NCBI GenBank assembly: GCA_965248355.1
Contig: OZ252098.1
Location: 4,512,001 to 4,576,000, forward strand
DNA length: 64,000 nt
Reading direction: 5' to 3'
DNA from: Candidatus Latescibacterota bacterium
GTDB taxonomy: Bacteria; Latescibacterota; UBA2968; UBA8231
Part shown: piece by piece, positions 9,751 through 20,182 of the stretch
Numbering within the stretch: position 1 is the first letter of the stretch
How the letters are laid out: each line of letters opens with the position of its first letter
Notes under the pieces: model-generated
What the model saw: the letters and a program-made list of their open reading frames with translations, nothing else
What the model was told of the DNA's origin: nothing
Databases searched by the model: none
Translations under genes and position numbers: made by a program

Positions 9751-10338
9751 GCCGCGTTGTCGAGGAGCCGCCGCTACGAGCCAGTCCTTTGTGCGAGTGA
9801 ACAGCTAGAACTGGAAATACGCGATTGCAAGAAGGCCGCTCAACCGAAGGCCGGAGGAGGATTGTTCAAACTCATATCCGTTCCTGTCGGTTCTTGACCC
9901 GCTTCTTCGGAAGACGATCAGAGCTTGTCGCACCCACAGCCCTACACGATCAAAGGGCTGCCACGCAACGCCCAGGCCCGTTGAGAGGGCGAGAGTGATT
10001 GATCGGTTCTTCGTTGGCTTGGATTCTCTAATACCGTCATAATCTCTGCGTTGGTGCGTTCCACGATCTCGGAACTGAGCATATTTCCATCACTGTCTAC
10101 GGTATCCTCCCGATGGTCTCCCCGGCTCTTCTCCAATCGCCCGCTGATCTCCAGCCCCATGGCTGAGCTTTCCCCGACCTTCCACATGCTCAAGGCGGTT
10201 ATGGTGTGCAGAAGGTAAGGGCCGGGAAACAGATCGCCATGGGGCAGGGATCGAATGCGCCGAGCATGCTGGGGGCTCTGGCCCCGGCCTGCTCGAGAAC
10301 CTAGGCTTCCCTCCTGTCATCCGAGCCAGGCGGTGCCC

Positions 10339-11379
10339 ATGTTCAACGCCCGTTCCACCCTCAACGGACCGACCCGAACCGGCCGCGGTTCCGGTGCCTG
10401 CGGCGCCGCCGGGACCCGCGGCTACCCCCTCGGCGGCGGCTCCGGCTACCGCGAGGTCGTGCGCCCCAGCGGCCCGCCGGTGCGCAACCTCGACGAGCTG
10501 CTCGAGGCCCTGGCCTCGGCTCGGGCCGGCGACACCGTGTACGTGGCGGGAGACGCCGTCATCGAGTGCACGGAGCGGATCCACGTGGAGGAGCTGGTCC
10601 TCGAGCTGCCCGGCGGCGTCACCCTGGCCAGCGACCGCGGCATCAGGGGCGCGCCCGGCGGGCTGATCCGCTCCGACACCTTCGCCACCAACCCCCTCAT
10701 CCGCGTCATGGGTGCGGACGCGCGCGTCACCGGCCTGCGCCTGCAGGGGCCCAATCCCCGCCAGTGCCTGGAGCACCACGACCGCGCCTACCGCGAGGGC
10801 CGCGGGCCCGGCTACTACTACAAGTTCCCCACCTCCGCCGGCATCGAGGCGAGACATCCGCGGCTGCGCGTCGACAACTGCGAGTTGGGCGGTTGGAGCC
10901 TCGGCGCCGTGCACCTGATCGGCGGAGACGGCCACCGCGTGCAGCACTGCTTCATCCACCACAACCAGTACCAGGGGCTCGGGTACGGCGTCTGCCTCGA
11001 CGAGGCGGAGACGCTGATCGAGGGCAACCTCTTCGACGCCAACCGTCACTCCATCGCCGGCTCCGGGCGCAGCGGCTCGGGGTACGAGGCGCGCAACAAC
11101 GTCGAGATGGGGCGCAGTCTCAGCCACTGCTTCGACATGCACGGCGGCCGCGACCGCAAGGACGGCACCGACGTGGCGGGCGGCTGGATGCACGTGCACC
11201 ACAACACCTTCCGCGTCCCCGGTCGGCGCGCCCTCGTCATCCGCGGCAGCCCCGAGGATCAAGCCGTGGTCGAGCACAACTGGTTCCACCACCGGACCGA
11301 GGGCGGCGCCCTCCGCTGCGAGGGGCGCGTCACGGTGCGCCGCAACGCCTGGGGGCGGACCAACCCGGTACGGCGCTGA
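10339..11379 (+). CDS. Right-handed parallel beta-helix (pectin lyase fold) protein, copy 1
   Basis: ARAGDTVYV, RVTGLRLQG, VDNCEL, IEGNLF, VHHNTF, VEHNWF beta-helix rungs; paralogue at 19139. Confidence 0.82.
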   Translation: MFNARSTLNGPTRTGRGSGACGAAGTRGYPLGGGSGYREVVRPSGPPVRNLDELLEALASARAGDTVYVAGDAVIECTERIHVEELVLELPGGVTLASDRGIRGAPGGLIRSDTFATNPLIRVMGADARVTGLRLQGPNPRQCLEHHDRAYREGRGPGYYYKFPTSAGIEARHPRLRVDNCELGGWSLGAVHLIGGDGHRVQHCFIHHNQYQGLGYGVCLDEAETLIEGNLFDANRHSIAGSGRSGSGYEARNNVEMGRSLSHCFDMHGGRDRKDGTDVAGGWMHVHHNTFRVPGRRALVIRGSPEDQAVVEHNWFHHRTEGGALRCEGRVTVRRNAWGRTNPVRR

Positions 11380-11406
11380 GGCGAACGCCGGGCCGTGGGT
11401 TTCCAG

Positions 11407-13140
11407 ATGATCGTCGGTCGGATCCTGTTCCTCTCCGCTTTGGCGTCAGGTGTGCTCGCCCCTCTGCCCGTGTCCGCGGCGACTGCCGAGATCTGCGCAG
11501 ACTACGACGGCAGCGGGACCGTCGACCACGATGACTTCGACCTCTTCGTCTCCGGCTTCGGGACCCGGAGCGGCGACCCCGGGTTCAGGTCGGGGTTCGA
11601 CCTGGACGGCGACGGGCGGGTTGGCTTCAGCGACTTCTTTCTCTTCGCGTCGGCTTTCACGGGGACCGAGGCTGCGCAGGGCGCGCTGCCGGCAACGAGC
11701 ACCGACTGGTACGCCGCCTTTGTGGAGTGGGACGACGAGCACGGGGAGAGGTACCTGGACGGCCGCGACGGGGGAACCTTCGCATGGGCCCCTTCGGGTT
11801 ATGTGCAGAGGATGTACCTGAATCTCTACCGGACCTTCGGAGAGACGGTCTGGCTGGACAAGCTCGCGGCACAGGTGGACCGCATTCTGAGGGCCCGCTC
11901 GGACGTGCCGCCCTACGAGATCTACGATCCGCGCTACGTGGACGGGTACAAGGGCTGGGGACAGGCGCGCTACACCCAGTACGAGCCCGAGTACACCGAG
12001 TGGTTCAGCGACGACGGGCTGATCATCAGCCCCATCGTGGCCTTCGTGGAGCTGGTCTGGCAGGATCCGACCCTGCACCCGGCCTACAAGGCCCGGGCGG
12101 ACGAGTTCCTCCGCATCGTGGAAGAGGACGTGATCGCCAAGTGGCACGCCAACTGGGAGCCGGACCCGGGGTGGACCGAAGAGGACGACAGCCGCTATGG
12201 CGAGAACGGGGGGTATCACCTCTACGAATGGTCCGGGTGGAAGAACCAGCCTCTCAACATGCACCTGTCCTTCGCGGATGCGCTGGTGACGCTCCGTCGT
12301 CTTTCGGGATCGCCTTACTACACGCCACAGGGAGAGGACTTCGGGCCGTTCTACGCGGAGCAGAGCGAGCAGATGCTCCGGTTCTTTCACGATCAACTGC
12401 AGTACGACGCGGAGGCGGACGCCTACACATGGAAGTACGGCCCCCACAGTGCCTGGCCGGACCTGATGGAGGATGTGGGGCATGGATTCATCGACATCCA
12501 GGCGGCGCTGCAGGGGGTGCGGAGCGGGCTGAGCTTCACCGAGACGGATCTCGTGAGGATGGCCAATACCTTCGTCCACAAGGTCTGGAACGGGAGTCTC
12601 GAGGAGCCGGCCTTCGCCTATTATGTCGACGGCGTTCCCAACGATCTCGATGAGGCCCGGGGGCACTGGGGGTGGGGGTTTCTCTACCTGGCGGGGTACG
12701 ACTACCGGATCCGGGAATCGATGGCCGCGTACTTCGAGGAGGAGGTTTCGATCCAGGAGCAGGCGGCCTACATTGCCGCCACGGCGGCGATGCTGGGAAT
12801 CGCCGCGCAGTTGCACGACAGGTGGGCGCCCGGCGCTCCGCGGCAACCCGAGGTGGTCTGCGGCGGAGCGGATCTGCGGATCTCGTGGCGGCCGGCGGCG
12901 GTGGATGCCGACGGCACGGCACTCACCGGGCTGAGAGGATACATCGTCTATCGCGCACCAGGGCCGGAAGGGCCCTTCCAGCCTCTGAACCAAGCCCCGC
13001 TGGGGGAAACGTGGTACGTGGACCGAGATGCGGCATCCGAGTCCTTCTTCTACCGGATCACCGCCGTCGACTACAAGCGACCTCCGAACGAGGGGCCACC
13101 TTCCAAGACGGTCTCGGCGCTTGCGGGAGGTGCCGGTTGA
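11407..13140 (+). CDS. Secreted protein: paired EF-hand/dockerin-like domain, aromatic-rich catalytic-like domain, FN3-like C-terminus
   Basis: Signal peptide; DYDGSGTVDHDDF and DLDGDGRVGFSDFFLF; ISW...GYIVYRA...FFYRITAVD...NEG. Confidence 0.78.
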   Translation: MIVGRILFLSALASGVLAPLPVSAATAEICADYDGSGTVDHDDFDLFVSGFGTRSGDPGFRSGFDLDGDGRVGFSDFFLFASAFTGTEAAQGALPATSTDWYAAFVEWDDEHGERYLDGRDGGTFAWAPSGYVQRMYLNLYRTFGETVWLDKLAAQVDRILRARSDVPPYEIYDPRYVDGYKGWGQARYTQYEPEYTEWFSDDGLIISPIVAFVELVWQDPTLHPAYKARADEFLRIVEEDVIAKWHANWEPDPGWTEEDDSRYGENGGYHLYEWSGWKNQPLNMHLSFADALVTLRRLSGSPYYTPQGEDFGPFYAEQSEQMLRFFHDQLQYDAEADAYTWKYGPHSAWPDLMEDVGHGFIDIQAALQGVRSGLSFTETDLVRMANTFVHKVWNGSLEEPAFAYYVDGVPNDLDEARGHWGWGFLYLAGYDYRIRESMAAYFEEEVSIQEQAAYIAATAAMLGIAAQLHDRWAPGAPRQPEVVCGGADLRISWRPAAVDADGTALTGLRGYIVYRAPGPEGPFQPLNQAPLGETWYVDRDAASESFFYRITAVDYKRPPNEGPPSKTVSALAGGAG

Positions 13141-13182
13141 GCCGCATGCAGCCGATCACACATAACTGAAGGGGAAACGATC

Positions 13183-14223
13183 ATGAGCGACCTGAACGTC
13201 GGCATCGTGGGACTGGGGTGGGTGGCCGGCGCCCACATCGAGGCCTTCAAGACGGTGGAGGGCGGCCAGGTGACCGCCATCTGCTCCCGCAGGCAGCACG
13301 ACGAGACCGCCCTGGCGGCGCAATTCGGTACGCCCCTGAAGGCGTATACCGACTACGACGCCATGTTGGCGGACGGCGACATCGACGTCATCGACATCTG
13401 CACCCCGCACCCCTTCCACGCCGAGCAGGCAATCGCGGCGGCCCGCGCCGGCAAGCACCTGATCATCGAAAAGCCGATCTCCCTCACCTACGAAGACGCC
13501 TTGGCCATGGGCGAAGCGATTCGCGAAACCGGGGTCAAGGTCTGTGTCTGTTTCGAGTGCCGCTTCAGCGCCCACTTCACGATGATCCGCTCGGTCATCG
13601 ATGCCGGCCTGCTCGGGGAGCTGCACTACGCCGAGGTCGACTACTACCACGGCATCGGGCCCTGGTACGGACAGTACGAGTGGAACATCAGGAAGGAGAT
13701 GGGCGGCAGCTCCCTTCTGACCGCCGGCTGCCACGCCCTCGACACCTGCCTGTTCTTCATGGACGGCGAGGTGGAGGAGGTGTCGAGCCACCAGGTCAAG
13801 TCGAAGGGGACCGACTTCGCGCCGTACGAATACAACACCACCAGCCTCAGCACCCTGAGCTTCGCCGGCGGCGACAAGCTCGCCAAGGTCACCTCCTGCA
13901 TCGACTGCCTGCAGCCCTACTACTTCCACATCCATCTCGTCGGCAGCGAGGGAAGCCTCCTCGACAACCGGATCTACTCGAAGAAGCTGAAGGGGATGGT
14001 CAAGGACCGGTGGAGCACGCTGGAGACCTCGCTGATCGACTCGGGGGACGTGAGCGACCACCCGTACGAGCCGCAGTTCCAGGCCTTCGTCGACGCCATC
14101 GGCAGGGGCGAGGCGATGCCGCTCACCGACTGGGATACCGCCTTCGAATCGTCGCGGGTGGCCTTCGCCGCGGACCTCGCCGCCGCCGAAGGAAGGCCGG
14201 TTCAGGTCGCCGAGCTGGGGTAG
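13183..14223 (+). CDS. Gfo/Idh/MocA family oxidoreductase
   Basis: [27 protein letters not shown]. Confidence 0.92.
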   Translation: MSDLNVGIVGLGWVAGAHIEAFKTVEGGQVTAICSRRQHDETALAAQFGTPLKAYTDYDAMLADGDIDVIDICTPHPFHAEQAIAAARAGKHLIIEKPISLTYEDALAMGEAIRETGVKVCVCFECRFSAHFTMIRSVIDAGLLGELHYAEVDYYHGIGPWYGQYEWNIRKEMGGSSLLTAGCHALDTCLFFMDGEVEEVSSHQVKSKGTDFAPYEYNTTSLSTLSFAGGDKLAKVTSCIDCLQPYYFHIHLVGSEGSLLDNRIYSKKLKGMVKDRWSTLETSLIDSGDVSDHPYEPQFQAFVDAIGRGEAMPLTDWDTAFESSRVAFAADLAAAEGRPVQVAELG

Positions 14224-14247
14224 GGAACGCCAACGGAAGAGGCCCCC

Positions 14248-14463
14248 ATGAGTTCACCAGAGTTGCGCTTCAAGTGCCCCAAGTGTCGTCACACCGAGTG
14301 CGAGACCGGTGAAATCCGCGCCGCCGGGGGGTTCTGGTCCAAGATGCTCGACGTGCAGAACCGGAAACTCTCGACGGTAACTTGCGGCCAGTGCCGCTAC
14401 ACCGAGTTCTACGCGGCCGACAGTTCGAGCCTCGGTCATATCTTCGACCTCTTCACGGGATAG
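14248..14463 (+). CDS. Small zinc-ribbon protein (DUF2082-like)
   Basis: CPKC...GGFWSKMLDVQN...CGQCRYTEFY. Confidence 0.88.
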   Translation: MSSPELRFKCPKCRHTECETGEIRAAGGFWSKMLDVQNRKLSTVTCGQCRYTEFYAADSSSLGHIFDLFTG

Positions 14464-14472
14464 CGGCGGCGG

Positions 14473-15864
14473 TCAGCCGTAGTCTGGTCCGCCGATCGGC
14501 CCCAGCAGGGCGCGGTTCTCCTCCGGCGTCTCCACCTCGTCGAGGAACTCCGCCAGGGCCTGCCGCATGCGCCGGGCCACCTCCGGATGGGCGCCGATCA
14601 CGTTCGCCTGCTGCCGGGGGTCGGCCTGCATGTCGTACAGCTCGGGGGCGCCGCCGTGCTCGCCATGGGCGAGGTAGGTCCAGCCCTCGCCGGTCACCGT
14701 GGGCCCGCCGTTGCGGATGAAGGTGGAGCTGAAGGCGTACTGCCTCGGCCACGCCGCGGATCCGTTCAGCAGCGGCGCCAGCGAGAGCCCGTGCATCTCC
14801 AGGCCGCCCTCTTCCACGCCGGCCAGGGCCATCAACGTCGGCAGCAGATCCACGGACTGCGTCAAGTCGCTCACCCGCCGTCCGCCGCCGACGCCGGGGG
14901 CGGCGATCATCAGCGGGATGTGGCTGATCTCCTCGTACAGAGGCCAGACGCGGTCGTCCTCCGGATGGATGTTCGACTTGCCGGTACGGTCGTGCTCGCC
15001 CACGAACATGCCGTGATCCGAGGTGAAGACCACCACGCTGTCGTCGAACAGACCCAGCTCCTCGATCTTGTCGAGCACGTAGCCGATCCACTTGTTGACC
15101 AGGTAGATCTCGGCCGCGTAGTGGGCCTGGAGGTTGGCCAGCTCCTCCCTGGTATAGGCGGTAGCGGGCCCGTAGTTGGGGTGGATCATCGGCGGGCCGT
15201 CGTACCCGGAGCTGTCGTAGCGGGCCACCAGATGCTCCGGCGGGTCCCATGGCTCGTGGGCGTCGAAGAAGTCCACCCACAGCAGGAAGGGCTCGCAGCC
15301 CCGGTTCTCCTCCAGCCAGCGGCTCGCGGTACGCGCCGTCCTCACGCAGAAGCGGTCCTCCTCCCAGGCCCAGTCGCGGTTGGTCCACGAGTGCTGGGTG
15401 GCCAGGTTGCCGAAGCGCGTCTCGGCCATGCGCGGGTCGACGCGGGTCTTGGCGCCGTCCACCTCCAGGCGCGGCGGCAGGTTGCCCTTGAGCAGCGGCT
15501 TGTCTCCCTCCTGGCCGCGGATCCAGTACGCCCCGTCGAAGCCCCGGTCGAAGTGGTGGACCCCCTTCATCAGGTGCGGCGTGTCGCAGATGAGCTGGCT
15601 CTGCCAGCCGGCGGCGCCGAAGATCGTGCTCAGCACCGGGAGGTCCGGGTCGAGGGGCTTCCAGCCGTGGAAGGGAAAGCTGTAGCGGCCGCTGAAGAGG
15701 TCGGTGCGGTTGGGGATGGTGGGGAAGCTCGACAGGTAGTGCCGGTCGAAGCACACGGCCCGCCCGGCCAGGCGGTCCAGCGCCGCCGTGCCGATCCACC
15801 CATTGCCGTTGCACCCCAGGTAGTCGTAGCGGAAGGTGTCGCTCACGAGGATGATGATGTTCAT
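14473..15864 (-). CDS. Sulfatase-like alkaline phosphatase superfamily protein with Thr at the nucleophile position
   Basis: NIIILVSDTFRYD, FPTIPNRTDLFSGR, DAHEPW, FTSDHG, LYEEISHIPL. Confidence 0.88.
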   Translation of the reverse strand: MNIIILVSDTFRYDYLGCNGNGWIGTAALDRLAGRAVCFDRHYLSSFPTIPNRTDLFSGRYSFPFHGWKPLDPDLPVLSTIFGAAGWQSQLICDTPHLMKGVHHFDRGFDGAYWIRGQEGDKPLLKGNLPPRLEVDGAKTRVDPRMAETRFGNLATQHSWTNRDWAWEEDRFCVRTARTASRWLEENRGCEPFLLWVDFFDAHEPWDPPEHLVARYDSSGYDGPPMIHPNYGPATAYTREELANLQAHYAAEIYLVNKWIGYVLDKIEELGLFDDSVVVFTSDHGMFVGEHDRTGKSNIHPEDDRVWPLYEEISHIPLMIAAPGVGGGRRVSDLTQSVDLLPTLMALAGVEEGGLEMHGLSLAPLLNGSAAWPRQYAFSSTFIRNGGPTVTGEGWTYLAHGEHGGAPELYDMQADPRQQANVIGAHPEVARRMRQALAEFLDEVETPEENRALLGPIGGPDYG

Positions 15865-15873
15865 GGCTCAGCC

Positions 15874-17427
15874 TCAGGTCGCCAGCGGAGGTCCGCCGGG
15901 GATGGAGATGGGCCGCCGCGCCCGCTGTCCCGCCCGGACCGCGGTGAACCGGGCGGTGAGGTACTCCCCGAGGTGGATGGACCCGGCGATCCGCTCCCCC
16001 TCGGCCCGTCCCGAGAACAGGAACGGCACGTTGTCCCCCGGTCTGCTCACGGCGCTGCTCAGCCGCACCTCGTCTCCCTCGACGACGCCGGACAGGTCCT
16101 GGACGGAGAACTCGCTCTGGTGGGAGCCCTCGATCCAGTTGCCGTCCTGGGCGATCGACAGCCGGTGGCGGCTGGTGCCGGTGAGGTAGTCGACGGTGAG
16201 GTCCCAGCGGCCGCTGATGTCCACGGTGGCCGGCGCCAGTCCGTCCGAGCGCGGACCCCGGGGCTCGGTGAGGATGCGACGGATGCGGTCGATCACCACC
16301 TCCTCGTCCCCCGGCTGCATCTGGCTGGGGTTGATGCGGATGCCGGCCTGATCCCCGGAATCGGAGACCCCCACGGCGATGCGGGGCTTGTTGCGCGCGA
16401 AGTCCTCGGCCACCTCCTCGCCGGTGATGCGCAGGGCGCCGGGGTCCCAGTGGATGGTCAGGGCCGGCGCGCGGTTCGACAGCCCCGAGGGATCCTGGAC
16501 CCGGCTGGCCACCGTGTCGATGCCCGCCACCTGCGCCGAGATCCTCTCCAGGATCCCGAGCCACTCCTGCCACTCGGCGACGTGGTCGCGCCGCACCCAG
16601 GCCTCCACGGCGGCCAGCATCCCCAGGATCTCCTCCTTGCCGATCTTCTCCGAGCGCCCGGGGCCGTGATGGGGGGCGCTGGCCTGCCAGGCCGCCATGA
16701 GCAGGTCCTTGCTGCCGAGGACGAGCCCGGCGCACTGGGGACCGCACAGGGCCTTGCCGCCGCTGTAGGCCGCCACCGTGGCGCCGCGCTCCAGGTGCGA
16801 GCAGGGGATGGTCAGGTTCTCGGCGGCGGCGTCGGCCAGGATGGGGATGCCCCTCGGCTCGGCGATGCGGGCCATGACCTCCAGGGAGAGGGGCTGCCCG
16901 GGATCGGTGGCGCGGCCGGTGACCAGGTAGATCATGGCCGTGGAGGGATTCACGGCGCGCTCCATCTCCTCGGCCGTGTCCACCACCACCAGCTCGACGC
17001 CGACCACCCGCAGGGCGTGGTCGTAGGCGGTGCGCGAGGTCCGGGGCACGATCACCTGGGTCTTGTCGAAGCCCTCCAGGTTGGGCACCCGGATCAGCCG
17101 CTCGGGACTGCCGCCGGTGACGCAGGCCGTGGTCACGTGCTTGAGGCCGGCGGCGCAGCCGGAGGAGATCAGCCCCCACTCGGCGCCGGTGACCGTGGCC
17201 AGGCGCCGGCCCACCGCCTCGGCCAGCTCGTCGTACTGCACGAAGAAGCCGTGGGCGGCGTCCATGGCGGCCACCACCTCCGCCAGCTCCACGGAGCCGC
17301 CGATGATGGTGAAGGTGCCGCGGCAGTTGATGACCGGCTCCACGCCGATGGCCTCGTAGATGTTGGCGCCGCCGGCGCCTCCGTCGAGGAACGGCAGGAT
17401 CGCCAGCCGTTCGTCAGCGTCGCCCAA
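15874..17427 (-). CDS. SelA-like PLP-dependent enzyme (DgaE/D-glucosaminate-6-P ammonia-lyase-like) with C-terminal extension
   Basis: IGVEPVINCRGTFTIIGGS, DAAAE, YSGGK (PLP lysine); AAGGAG before TTG 17427. Confidence 0.8.
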   Translation of the reverse strand: MGDADERLAILPFLDGGAGGANIYEAIGVEPVINCRGTFTIIGGSVELAEVVAAMDAAHGFFVQYDELAEAVGRRLATVTGAEWGLISSGCAAGLKHVTTACVTGGSPERLIRVPNLEGFDKTQVIVPRTSRTAYDHALRVVGVELVVVDTAEEMERAVNPSTAMIYLVTGRATDPGQPLSLEVMARIAEPRGIPILADAAAENLTIPCSHLERGATVAAYSGGKALCGPQCAGLVLGSKDLLMAAWQASAPHHGPGRSEKIGKEEILGMLAAVEAWVRRDHVAEWQEWLGILERISAQVAGIDTVASRVQDPSGLSNRAPALTIHWDPGALRITGEEVAEDFARNKPRIAVGVSDSGDQAGIRINPSQMQPGDEEVVIDRIRRILTEPRGPRSDGLAPATVDISGRWDLTVDYLTGTSRHRLSIAQDGNWIEGSHQSEFSVQDLSGVVEGDEVRLSSAVSRPGDNVPFLFSGRAEGERIAGSIHLGEYLTARFTAVRAGQRARRPISIPGGPPLAT

Positions 17428-17487
17428 GGTGAGCTCCTTTCGGGGGATCGGTTGGCAGGGGCGGGATGTGGGGTCGCGGATCATCGA

Positions 17488-18461
17488 CTAGTAGTGCAGT
17501 GTGGCGATCATGGACAACGCCCCGGGCCCTGGCATCAGCCCGATGGAGAGACGGCGGAGCTCCGGGGGGCTTCGAGAGAGTTCGGATGTGATCGTGGCGC
17601 CGATGGCTGGACAGACGAACAGGGGCGAAACACCAGACAATCCGGAGCCGGAGAAATCAGACGCCCAGACACCCACGCCATGGTGAAGCGATCGTAAGGA
17701 TCGAGATGGCTCACGCCATAGGCGGTTCCGACTATAGATCCGGGTAACCAGCCTAAAGCCAAGGCGATAGGAGCACCGAAGCCCCCCCCTCCTTGATCGA
17801 GGGTACTCAGCAGGATCCCCCCTGCTGTAAGACCCGAGAGGATGCCCAGGCCCGCACCGGCACCCAGCTTACTGGCAATCCGTACGCCGGTTATCCGGGT
17901 GTCGATCTCCCCCGGAGCCTTGGCGTCTGGTACCCGAGCGATGGGCAGGCGGGAGACTTGAGAGGGATCGCGCCACAGTTCCGACGCGATCGTCGCACCG
18001 ATAGCAGGCAGAAGAAGAGGCCATCGATCATGCCATTCGCGCGATAGTGGGTCGGGTACAGCCATGAAGCCTGCCAGTGCTCCCACCGAACTGCCAGCCA
18101 GTGCCAGGAGTGAACTCCGGCGGTTGCTGCTCCAACTCGGTGGATCGACCAGCATCACGCCAACCATGGCTCCTGCCGCGGGTCCGACCTTGTAGCCAAG
18201 CTCAAAATCCTTGTGCCTGCCTGCTATGCTGAAGACGGAGCCCGAAAGAAGACCGACACCCAACTTTCTGGCCACTCTCGTTGAACGTCTGGTCTGCGTC
18301 TTTTCGAACTCCCCTGCCAGGCGACCTGCCGGCTTCAGGGCAGGAGAGGCCACGGTCACGGACTTCCCTTCGGCGTGTGTACTGTCGGCCCTTGCGAATG
18401 CCGCCGAAGCAAGCCCCATCAGAAGGACGGAACCAAGCGTCGTAATCTTCCTGTCCATCAT
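17488..18461 (-). pseudogene. Two-repeat Gly-rich membrane/secreted protein, frameshifted near 17680
   Basis: GAGGAG before ATG 18461; repeat 1 ends PAIGATIASELWRDP, while the matching repeat-2 end PAIGATITSELSRSP lies in another frame (ORF 17488-17676). Confidence 0.65.
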
Positions 18462-18755
18462 CGACGAGTCTCCTCTTTCCGCGGGCGAGTACAGATAGGC
18501 CAGTGATGGCAAGAAGGCAAAGCTCGTCCGGGGACGGTCTGGTTGCCATCTCCGCACATACCTGGTCTGCGGTGCCCCAGCCGATGACCGCAGGGAGACC
18601 CCTGGAATCGCAATCCTCGGCCTGCCGCCAGGGGTAACAGGAGCGAGACGGAGCCGGCTCGCGGGGGCTGCGTCGGGCGGTTACAGCAGGATCCGGGGGG
18701 TCTCCGGCATGGCTTGCGTCTGGCTGTTTCTGGCGGGACTGCCTATCCTACCAGC

Positions 18756-18980
18756 ATGGCAGATCCGACTACCTGGTTGCCGCCGGCCGTCGTCGTCGCC
18801 GTCGTTCTCTACGTCTGGCGGCGACTCGACGCCCGCATGGCCCGGCTGGAGACCCGGATTGGCGGCCTGCAGGCCGACCTGGGCGCCGTGTCGGAGCGGC
18901 TGGCCCGGCTGGAGGGAGCGGCCTTCGGCCCGTGGCCTGCCCGCCCGCCGGATCCTCCCGAGGCCTCGCCAGCGAGCTGA
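18756..18980 (+). CDS. Small protein, N-terminal TM helix plus coiled coil
   Basis: AVVVAVVLYVW followed by heptads LDARMARLETRIGGLQADLGAVSERLARLEG; TATCCT 6 nt before ATG. Confidence 0.65.
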   Translation: MADPTTWLPPAVVVAVVLYVWRRLDARMARLETRIGGLQADLGAVSERLARLEGAAFGPWPARPPDPPEASPAS

Positions 18981-19138
18981 CCCGCGTCGGCAACCCACCA
19001 ATCTGGTCTCGCGGCTTCTACCGCCGGTTTTCCTCCCTGGCGGGAATAGACCCCCGGAACTCGTCGACATCATCCCAGCCGTAGCACCCTGACGTCATCC
19101 CCCGGGCGCGCCCCGTCCGGCGAGCGAGGAGGCGCCCC

Positions 19139-20182
19139 ATGTTCAACGCCCGATCCACCCTCCACGGACCGACCCGCACCGGCCGCGGCCGCCGGGCCTG
19201 CGGCGCCGCCGGGACCCGCGCCTACCCCCTCGGCGGCGGCGCCGGGTACCGGGAGGTCGTGCGCCCCACCGGCTCGCCCGTCCTCAACCTCGACGAGCTG
19301 CTCGAGGCCCTGGCCTCGGCCCGCTCCGGAGAGACCGTGTACGTCGCCGGCGACGCCGTCATCGAGTGCACGGAGCGGGTCTACGTGGAGGAGCTGGTCC
19401 TCGAGCTGCCCGGCGGCGTGACCCTGGCCAGCGACCGCGGGCTCAAGGGCGCGCCCGGAGGCCTGATCCGCTCCGACACCTTCGCCACCAGCCCCCTGAT
19501 CCGGGTCACCGGCGCGGACGCGCGCGTCACCGGCCTCCGTCTCCAGGGGCCGAACCCGCGCCAGTGCCTGGAGCACCACTCCCGCGCCTTCCGCGAAGGC
19601 CACGGCGGACACGGCTACTACTACAAGTTCCCCACCTCCGACGGCATCGTGGCGCGGGACCCCCGGCTGCGCGTCGACAACTGCGAGCTGGCCGGCTGGA
19701 GCCACGGCGCCGTCTATCTCGCCGGCGGCGACGGCCACCGCGTGCAGCACTGCTTCATCCACCACAACCAGTACCAGGGGCTCGGGTACGGTGTCAGCCA
19801 CGACCGGGCCGAGTCCCTCATCGAGGGCAACCTCTTCGACGCCAACCGCCACTCCATCGCCGGCTCCGGGCGCGGCGGCTCGGGGTACGAGGCCCGCAAC
19901 AACGTCGAGATGGGGCGCAGCCTCAGCCACTGCTTCGACATGCACGGTGGCCGCGACCGCAAGGACGGCACGGACGTGGCGGGCGGCTGGATGCACGTCC
20001 ACCACAACACCTTCCGCGTCCCCGGCCGGCGCGCCGTCGTCATCCGCGGCAGCCCCGAGGAGCAGGCCGTGATCGAGCGCAACTGGTTCCACCACCGGAG
20101 CGAGGCCGGCGCCATCGTCTGCGAGGAGCGGGTCGTCGTGCGCGACAACGCCTGGGGGCGCCGGGACCCGGTGTACCGATGA
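19139..20182 (+). CDS. Right-handed parallel beta-helix protein, copy 2
   Basis: Colinear with 10339-11379, with long identical stretches; GAGGAGG RBS. Confidence 0.85.
   Translation: MFNARSTLHGPTRTGRGRRACGAAGTRAYPLGGGAGYREVVRPTGSPVLNLDELLEALASARSGETVYVAGDAVIECTERVYVEELVLELPGGVTLASDRGLKGAPGGLIRSDTFATSPLIRVTGADARVTGLRLQGPNPRQCLEHHSRAFREGHGGHGYYYKFPTSDGIVARDPRLRVDNCELAGWSHGAVYLAGGDGHRVQHCFIHHNQYQGLGYGVSHDRAESLIEGNLFDANRHSIAGSGRGGSGYEARNNVEMGRSLSHCFDMHGGRDRKDGTDVAGGWMHVHHNTFRVPGRRAVVIRGSPEEQAVIERNWFHHRSEAGAIVCEERVVVRDNAWGRRDPVYR

Noticed and set aside
9780..10250. Lower-GC patch with an 83-aa ORF (9942-10193)
   Set aside because: No recognisable motif, RBS, repeat or RNA structure; perhaps a gene remnant but unsupported
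15874..17427. Selenocysteine synthase selA
   Set aside because: Looks like the SelA-like/DgaE branch; no selB, selC or selD nearby
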